From IMG/VR virus record IMGVR_UViG_3300020420_000671: a stretch of 64,000 nt of DNA. The stretch is one strand, 5' to 3'. How positions within the stretch are numbered: position 1 is the first letter of the stretch; every line of letters starts with the position of its first letter. Position numbers and translations under genes: made by a program. Source of the stretch: a virus (taxonomy: Duplodnaviria; Caudoviricetes). Positions 57,962 through 64,000 of the stretch are shown here, one piece after another. The notes below the pieces were generated by a model. That model saw nothing but the letters and a program-made list of their open reading frames with translations, did not search any database and had not been told where the DNA came from.

Positions 57962-58506
57962 AAATAAGACAAATTTTTGAAGCAGTTGAAGGTAAACTAG
58001 AACTAACAAAATTGCCTTATAAAACAGGAGATCTTTCTCCAGTTCTTTCTAAGGACAATGTAGAATATCATTATAATGTGCTATCCAAAGGATATGTAAA
58101 TAGATATAATAATCAAGAAGGTGATCCAAAATTTAATTATGGTGGTGCTATGTTACACAATTTATTTTGGTCACAACTAAAGAAACCAGCAGGGTCAAAT
58201 TTACCTACAGGAGCAATTAAAAATTTAATTGAAGAAAACCATGAAGACTATTCTACGTTTAAAAATAGCGTGGTAGTTTTAGCAATGGGTATACAAGGTA
58301 GTGGTTGGGTCTATCTATCAAAAAACGGAGATCTTAAAACAACTCCTAATCAAAGTTATAAAACAGATATACTAATGCCTATAGATATGTGGGAACATAG
58401 TTTTACTGATTATATTCCGGCAAAAGATGCTAAGAAAAAGTATTTACAAAACATATTTAAGATAGTAAACTGGGACGTAATAAACAATAGGATAGACGGA
58501 AAATGA
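57958..58506 (+). CDS. sod: Fe/Mn superoxide dismutase with CTS-like leader
   Basis: MKIRQIFE; LPY..DL.P.LS...VEYHY, HNLFW, GSGWVYL, IDMWEH; all four metal ligands present. Confidence 0.9.
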   Translation: MKIRQIFEAVEGKLELTKLPYKTGDLSPVLSKDNVEYHYNVLSKGYVNRYNNQEGDPKFNYGGAMLHNLFWSQLKKPAGSNLPTGAIKNLIEENHEDYSTFKNSVVVLAMGIQGSGWVYLSKNGDLKTTPNQSYKTDILMPIDMWEHSFTDYIPAKDAKKKYLQNIFKIVNWDVINNRIDGK

Positions 58507-61500
58507 AATTTGGTGATTTCAAAGTAAAAGAAGAAGCCGCTGGCGTTGGCATAATTACAAAACAAAACGCAACCAAAGATGTTCCTGTTGGCGGTGAATA
58601 TATGAATGTGAAAAAACTTGGTTTGGGCAAAGGTAAGCCAAAAAAACATCCTAAAAAAGTACGAGGATCAAAGACCAATGTATTATTCAATTTAGGAATG
58701 GCCGAGAAGGAAGACAAAGGCGAAGACATGAAAGGTTTTGATCCTGAAACAGTACAAGCCCTAGCTAGACTTAGATCCAAATATCCACATGCCAAAGATC
58801 CGTTAGACGCACTTCTAAAATCAGTTCTTGCTACAGATAGAGATAACGATGCTGTTGACGATACGCAAGATGATAAGATCAGTAAAAACAAAACAACGGT
58901 TAGTAAACTTGAACCTGAGATTATAAGATTAAAAAGCAGATTGAGAGATGTAGAACTTCAGTTGAAAAATAAAGTGAAGGTAGGAGAGGCAGAACAATTA
59001 GACGAATTTATCCCCGCAGTGGCCGCAAGAATTGCTACTAGTGTTTTACCTAACATCGCAAAAAATTCTTCGCACCTAGGAGCCACAGGAGCTGGTACAG
59101 CAATAGGTGATAAGTTATTCAAACAGATTAAAAAAACTAGAAATGCCAATAAAGGTGTAGGACTAAAGGGTAGAAATCTAAGAGCTAAACAACTTTCACA
59201 AACCAATGAAGTTACAGCAAAGGATTTAAGTAGCGACAGCGAAGTTTACGTCGATATGGATGGCGTTCTAGCTGATTTCTTTGGTGCTTGGAAAAAACTT
59301 GTAGGTAAAGATTGGCGACAAATAAAAGATTTAGATGGAGCGTTACAGAAGATTAGGGATAAGGAAGATTTTTGGTTAAACATTCCTATTACTTCAAATG
59401 CTATGAATCTTTTAAATTTGATAAAAGAACTTAAAGGCAAATATAATATATTAAGTGCTCCTCTTCCAAACGATCCTAATGCTGAACCCCACAAACGTGA
59501 ATGGATCAAAAAGAATCTATCAGCCTTTCCACCGAGCAAGGTTATAATTACATCTAATAAAGCAGTACACGCTACCCAACCAGACGGAACACCAAACATC
59601 CTAATAGATGACTTTGGGAAAAATATTGAAAAATGGGAAGCGGCAGGCGGTGTTGGATTCAAACACAAGGATCACAAGTTTGAAAGAACTGTTAAAAATC
59701 TTAAACAAAATATGAAAGAAGATCTAGAAGAGCAACAGTTAGATGAATTTTTTCAATATTTTAAAATGTTAAAATATGGTTGGAAAACAGGCATGTGGCT
59801 GTGGAACAACAAATGGGCTATTGCGTTTATAGGCATTTCTTACAAGGCTTTTAAATGGGTTGCTGATGCTATAGCATGGCTTAAACCCTTCCTTGACAAT
59901 CCAGTAGTAAAAGCATTAGGAAGATATGGATTACCTGCTATAGGAGTTGCTATTGCGTTATATGGTGGAAAAAAACTATACGACCAAATAACAAAAGCAG
60001 AGAACGAAAAAGACTTGGAAAAAATATTAGCAAACTTTGAAGCAGATCAAGAAGAACTTGCTATGCTTAAAAAAGAATTAGAAATTATATCGAAAAAAAG
60101 CAAAACTACTGAAGCAAAAATGAGCAAAGATTCCATTAAAAGCATACACAAAACAGCTGACAAAATTAAAGATAAACCAAAAGCCAAAAAGTCAATAGGC
60201 AATTGGGCAAAAGAAAGAGGAATGGATCCTGAAGGAGCAATTTACGCAATAGCTACAAATATGAAAAAGCGTAAGCAAGGAAAAAAAATTACAGGATTAG
60301 GCAAGGAGTCTTACACAAGAGATGAACTTCCACAAATAAGTCAAAAACATTTAGTGAAGATTCCGCACACGATGGAAACTGTTTATGTCAAAGACATAGT
60401 CCCAGTACAAAAAGAAAGATTAAAAGAAAATCATAAAAAACAACTTTACAAAATACTAGATGGAAGATTTAATCCTATTGTGGTAGACTGTTACGATAGA
60501 ATAGTCAACGGTCATCACAGATATGACATCCTTAAAATGCTTCAGATGGAAAGCATTACAGTTGCTAAACTTCCTTTTACATTAGAATTTTTATTAGAAA
60601 TAACTAGAAGAGATTTCTTAAAAGGGCTTGGCGCCACAGCGGCAATGTCCATGGTACCGAAGGCCGCAAAAGCGTTGGCCAACAACAAGGAACAATGGTA
60701 TGTTATAGATGAAAAAGGCAGATTACAAGGACCTATGGATAGTAATAAAGCAAAAACTGTATCCATTGCTTATCCAAAAAAATTACCGGCTATAGAACCT
60801 GCTCCTGAAGGTTTTGAAATAATAATTGCCCAAGGATCAAGTACTAAATTGAATATGGCTTTTACAAAAGCCGAGTTTGCTATAAAGAAAATATATGCTA
60901 GAAGATTTCCTGGAAAGACTGTGAATGTAAATCGCAAAATAATTAAATTACAGGGTAGAGCAATAGAGGCGGCAGGTTCATCTTATGTAGCTACTCAGAG
61001 TGCTTATGTTAAGAAAACTACAGAAGAAAGCGTTGAAGAAGGAAATTTATTATCAAATCCACAGAACTCTATTTTGGTTAGAAAAAAAGATGGTTATGAC
61101 CATTATAAACTTGCCACGCACATAGCAAACATAAAAGGAATGTCACCAAAGGTTGCCGCTAGGAATAAGCAAGACATATTCATTCAATTTTATGGTGGTG
61201 AAAAAGAAAAACAATACATGATGAAAAATCTTAAACGTATAGGATATGATGTACAACCTGCTGATGGATATAAAGATACACATTTCGACGAAAACATAGA
61301 CGGATCATACATATTAAGAGTGAGAGAAAATTTTGCTGATGGTAAGAAAAAAGGTAAAAGTAGACCAGGACGTGTTAAACGTTCAGGAGCAAGTTGTAAA
61401 GGATCAGTTACAAGTTTAAGAGCAAAAGCAAAGAAAGCATCAGGTGAACGTGCTAAGATGTATCATTGGTGTGCTAATATGAAGGGTGGTAAAAAGAAAA

Positions 61501-62423
61501 CTGAAGCATATACCCAAGATGAATTTTTTAAAATTTTAGTAGAAAGTACTCCACAACAGCTCGAAGAAGGTATAGCAGATACACTTAAAAAACTTCCTAA
61601 GAATTTATTATCAAAAGTGACACCTATAATTAAAAAGATCCCAAAGACAGCAAAAAATTTAACCTTAATGGCAGTATTGCTTGGTACAATGGTAAATGCT
61701 GTTGCGGCAGGAGATATGGCCAAAGTCAATACACCACTTGATAAACTTAATAATATGACAACTATGAGCACTACAATGGACACAGGTACTGATGCTGACG
61801 TTGGGCCAGGGCATACAATGCCTGACAAAATAAAGGTATTAAAAATGCCAACACCTCCACCAGCACCGGGTGCAGATACTCCAGATGGAACAAAAAATGA
61901 TGGTACAAACACACAGACAACAAAAGATGGTAATCGTACTGTGTCAAGTGGAGCAGGTACATATACATTTTCACCAGATGGGAAATTATTAAAGTATGAA
62001 ACTCCTAAAATAAAAGGATATCAACAAATACATGATCTAGTTAAAAAAACAGTCACAGTTGATGCTAATACATCTGTTACAATGGACAAAGATTTTGGTA
62101 ACTTATCCAAAGCAGATAAAGAATTATTGAAAAAGAATGATCCTAATTTTGATAAAAGTACATCAGTAATAGATCAAAAAGCAACTTATGACATGAGCGG
62201 TAACCTTATAAGCAAAGATCATACTGGTATAAAGTCCGGAGCAGTATCGATTGGTATTGGTGGAGATGGAAATAAGAGTTTTAAATTTGACGCAGGAGGA
62301 GGAAAGGTATATAAAGCAAGTAGTGCCGATATGCCAGCGGCTAAGAAAACTTTAAGCAAAATGCAGACGGATTTGAACAAAGCAAAAGATCAGAGTGCGC
62401 CATTTGCAAACAAATCGACCTAG
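58503..62423 (+). CDS. 1306-aa modular polyprotein (HAD 5'-nucleotidase, ParB/Srx-like, membrane and signal-peptide modules)
   Basis: MKFGDFKVKE leader; YVDMDGVLADF...LIDD (NT5C-like); PIVVD...IVNGHHRY; TRRDFLK; repeated (L/V/T)xE junctions. Confidence 0.8.
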   Translation: MKFGDFKVKEEAAGVGIITKQNATKDVPVGGEYMNVKKLGLGKGKPKKHPKKVRGSKTNVLFNLGMAEKEDKGEDMKGFDPETVQALARLRSKYPHAKDPLDALLKSVLATDRDNDAVDDTQDDKISKNKTTVSKLEPEIIRLKSRLRDVELQLKNKVKVGEAEQLDEFIPAVAARIATSVLPNIAKNSSHLGATGAGTAIGDKLFKQIKKTRNANKGVGLKGRNLRAKQLSQTNEVTAKDLSSDSEVYVDMDGVLADFFGAWKKLVGKDWRQIKDLDGALQKIRDKEDFWLNIPITSNAMNLLNLIKELKGKYNILSAPLPNDPNAEPHKREWIKKNLSAFPPSKVIITSNKAVHATQPDGTPNILIDDFGKNIEKWEAAGGVGFKHKDHKFERTVKNLKQNMKEDLEEQQLDEFFQYFKMLKYGWKTGMWLWNNKWAIAFIGISYKAFKWVADAIAWLKPFLDNPVVKALGRYGLPAIGVAIALYGGKKLYDQITKAENEKDLEKILANFEADQEELAMLKKELEIISKKSKTTEAKMSKDSIKSIHKTADKIKDKPKAKKSIGNWAKERGMDPEGAIYAIATNMKKRKQGKKITGLGKESYTRDELPQISQKHLVKIPHTMETVYVKDIVPVQKERLKENHKKQLYKILDGRFNPIVVDCYDRIVNGHHRYDILKMLQMESITVAKLPFTLEFLLEITRRDFLKGLGATAAMSMVPKAAKALANNKEQWYVIDEKGRLQGPMDSNKAKTVSIAYPKKLPAIEPAPEGFEIIIAQGSSTKLNMAFTKAEFAIKKIYARRFPGKTVNVNRKIIKLQGRAIEAAGSSYVATQSAYVKKTTEESVEEGNLLSNPQNSILVRKKDGYDHYKLATHIANIKGMSPKVAARNKQDIFIQFYGGEKEKQYMMKNLKRIGYDVQPADGYKDTHFDENIDGSYILRVRENFADGKKKGKSRPGRVKRSGASCKGSVTSLRAKAKKASGERAKMYHWCANMKGGKKKTEAYTQDEFFKILVESTPQQLEEGIADTLKKLPKNLLSKVTPIIKKIPKTAKNLTLMAVLLGTMVNAVAAGDMAKVNTPLDKLNNMTTMSTTMDTGTDADVGPGHTMPDKIKVLKMPTPPPAPGADTPDGTKNDGTNTQTTKDGNRTVSSGAGTYTFSPDGKLLKYETPKIKGYQQIHDLVKKTVTVDANTSVTMDKDFGNLSKADKELLKKNDPNFDKSTSVIDQKATYDMSGNLISKDHTGIKSGAVSIGIGGDGNKSFKFDAGGGKVYKASSADMPAAKKTLSKMQTDLNKAKDQSAPFANKST

Positions 62424-62444
62424 GAAATAAAGGTAAATAATACT

Positions 62445-62663
62445 ATGTTAGTTAGAGAAATAATTAAGGAATACGCTACACAAGGAGCGACTGTCGCAGG
62501 TAATGTACCAGCAGTAGCGAACCCTAGTATGGCTTATGGACATAGACCTAAGGGTAAAAATGGCTTACCACAAGCTCCACAAAAGAAAAACAAGGATGGA
62601 ACAGCTAAAAACGCATTGGATATTAGTAACAATTTAATGGGCGGTAAGACCATTAAGAGATAA
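62445..62663 (+). CDS. Small basic protein with CTS-like leader
   Basis: TAAATA-N5-ATG; MLVREIIKE. Confidence 0.75.
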   Translation: MLVREIIKEYATQGATVAGNVPAVANPSMAYGHRPKGKNGLPQAPQKKNKDGTAKNALDISNNLMGGKTIKR

Positions 62664-62682
62664 ATACTAAAAAGGAAGCAAA

Positions 62683-63618
62683 ATGAGAGAAAAGGACCTT
62701 AAAGAAGATTTAGCAACGCTGGCTTACAAAGCCGAAGCAGACCATGAAGTACAGATGGCTAGATCAGATCTATATAAAATAGCCAAATACTCTATCAAGC
62801 TACACGAAATGATGAAGGGTGTAACTGAGCAAGAGGGTATTGAAGGTTGGGTTCAATCTAAAATTACAAAAGCCGCAGATTACATAGGTTCAGTATACCA
62901 TTATCTAGACTATGAAATGAAGTTTGATGAAATGACTGAAGCTAAAAAAGCAAAACCAGATTACATTGATATTGACGGCGATGGCGATAAAAAAGAGCCA
63001 ATGAAAAAAGCAGTCAAGGATAAAGCTAAGAAGAAAAAAGTTAAAGAAGGTATGATGGACGACGAAGTAAAATCCATACTTATGAAGCATCCAAAAGAAT
63101 TCGCAAAACTGAGAGCATCAGAAGATTTGATGGACGTTTATGGCACTCCGTTATATCAAGAATTGTTTGAATATTTTTCAGATTCAGGTGAAATGCCATA
63201 TGGTACTCAAAAGGGCAGAGACGGTGATCCTGTCCAGTGGATGAACGATGAGCTAGATGACATGGGTGTATTTGACCAACCAGAAAAAATGAATGTATCA
63301 GCCGCAGACAAAAGATTAAACACACCTGCTTTCAAAAAAATGCAAGCCGGAGATAAACGTTATAGTGATAAAACTGAAGAAACATACGAAAGTTATCTAC
63401 AGGAAAAACTTAACAAAACAAGAAAGTATAAAACACTACTGGAATCTGTTGGAAAACCAATTTCAGAAGAAGAATTTGACACCCTTGCTGAGAAACAAGA
63501 TGCTTGTTATCACAAGGTAAAGTCCAGATACAAAGTTTGGCCTAGCGCCTATGCCTCTGGTGCTCTAGTTCAGTGCCGTAAAAAGGGTGCTAAGAACTGG
63601 GGTAACAAGAGCAAGTGA
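62683..63618 (+). CDS. Modular internal-head-like protein
   Basis: MREKDLKE; modules GWVQSKITKAADY, PDYIDIDGDGD, MPYG..K.RDGDP, KQDACYHKVKSRYKVWPSAYASG; TAAATA at 62661. Confidence 0.78.
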   Translation: MREKDLKEDLATLAYKAEADHEVQMARSDLYKIAKYSIKLHEMMKGVTEQEGIEGWVQSKITKAADYIGSVYHYLDYEMKFDEMTEAKKAKPDYIDIDGDGDKKEPMKKAVKDKAKKKKVKEGMMDDEVKSILMKHPKEFAKLRASEDLMDVYGTPLYQELFEYFSDSGEMPYGTQKGRDGDPVQWMNDELDDMGVFDQPEKMNVSAADKRLNTPAFKKMQAGDKRYSDKTEETYESYLQEKLNKTRKYKTLLESVGKPISEEEFDTLAEKQDACYHKVKSRYKVWPSAYASGALVQCRKKGAKNWGNKSK

Positions 63619-64000
63619 AACTAAGACAACTCATAAGCATTATCGAAAACGCTGACCAAGACAGTACAGAAGTCACTGTTGGCAATTATACCACAACACA
63701 TTTTTATATGTGTGGAAGTGCGATCAAGACAGCAGAAAAACACGGGGAAAAGCCCGGTATGGAAGATTTAGTCCGTTTACAAGATATGATTTATAAACTT
63801 GAAAAAGCAGTTATGGATACTGGCGAAGCAACATCTGAAGCAAAACAATTTGCTCAAAAATTACATAACGAAATAATGGATAAAGCAAAAGAGATTGGCA
63901 TCGAAGACGAAATTGTTGACTACCAAGAAGATCATAGAGACAGTATTTTAAAAGGCGATCCTAAGCCTGGATTTGGGCGTGTGGATGTTGAAGAAAATTG
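63615..64000 (+). CDS. Hypothetical protein with CTS-like leader (partial, runs off the window end)
   Basis: Manual: GTG start overlapping the previous TGA; MKLRQLISIIENADQD... open to the end. Confidence 0.7.
   Translation, partial: MKLRQLISIIENADQDSTEVTVGNYTTTHFYMCGSAIKTAEKHGEKPGMEDLVRLQDMIYKLEKAVMDTGEATSEAKQFAQKLHNEIMDKAKEIGIEDEIVDYQEDHRDSILKGDPKPGFGRVDVEEN

Noticed and set aside
1-64000. CRISPR array, IS/transposase, rRNA, intein or intron, stop-codon recoding
   Set aside because: No regularly spaced direct repeats, transposase motifs, rRNA or intein signatures were seen. Known genes are full length under the standard code and use TAA, TAG and TGA as stops.

Overview
This window is part of an AT-rich, large (probably jumbo) T4-like myovirus genome, most likely marine. 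It is densely coding, almost entirely on the + strand, and uses the standard genetic code. It has consensus sigma70 early promoters (TTGACA-N17-TATAAT-like) and T4-type late promoters (TAAATA). From left to right it contains: (1) about 0-19 kb of accessory genes (Fis-like HTH, peroxiredoxin, three tRNAs, kinase-like protein, ClpP, PsiE, 2OG-Fe(II) oxygenase, ATP-dependent DNA ligase, a QueD/glycosyltransferase/PMM block, UvdE, IscA); (2) about 19-36 kb of tail fibre/baseplate genes with an S8 protease and a TylF-type methyltransferase; (3) about 36-44 kb of replication, nucleotide and chaperone genes (DnaE fragment, GroES, MazG, DEDD exonuclease, clamp loader, ferredoxin, parvulin, ThyX, PhoH); (4) a lysis cassette (GH19 endolysin, spanins, MscS-like and holin-like proteins), then DnaJ and ClpA; (5) about 54-64 kb of genes that nearly all begin with a short leader ending in Glu, resembling the T4 capsid-targeting sequence. 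Block 5 is the most striking feature. It looks like a head-packaged, injected payload that includes superoxide dismutase, a HIGH-family nucleotidyltransferase, nuclease-like proteins and a 1306-aa polyprotein. The putative prohead-protease sites in that polyprotein would unmask a perfect internal twin-arginine (Tat) signal, a Sec-like signal, membrane-active helices, a HAD nucleotidase and a ParB/Srx-like domain. Other oddities are many apparently leaderless transcripts, a tRNA-Arg(GCG), and a DnaE fragment ending just before the catalytic aspartates. All family assignments come from motif recognition by eye; no database searches were run.
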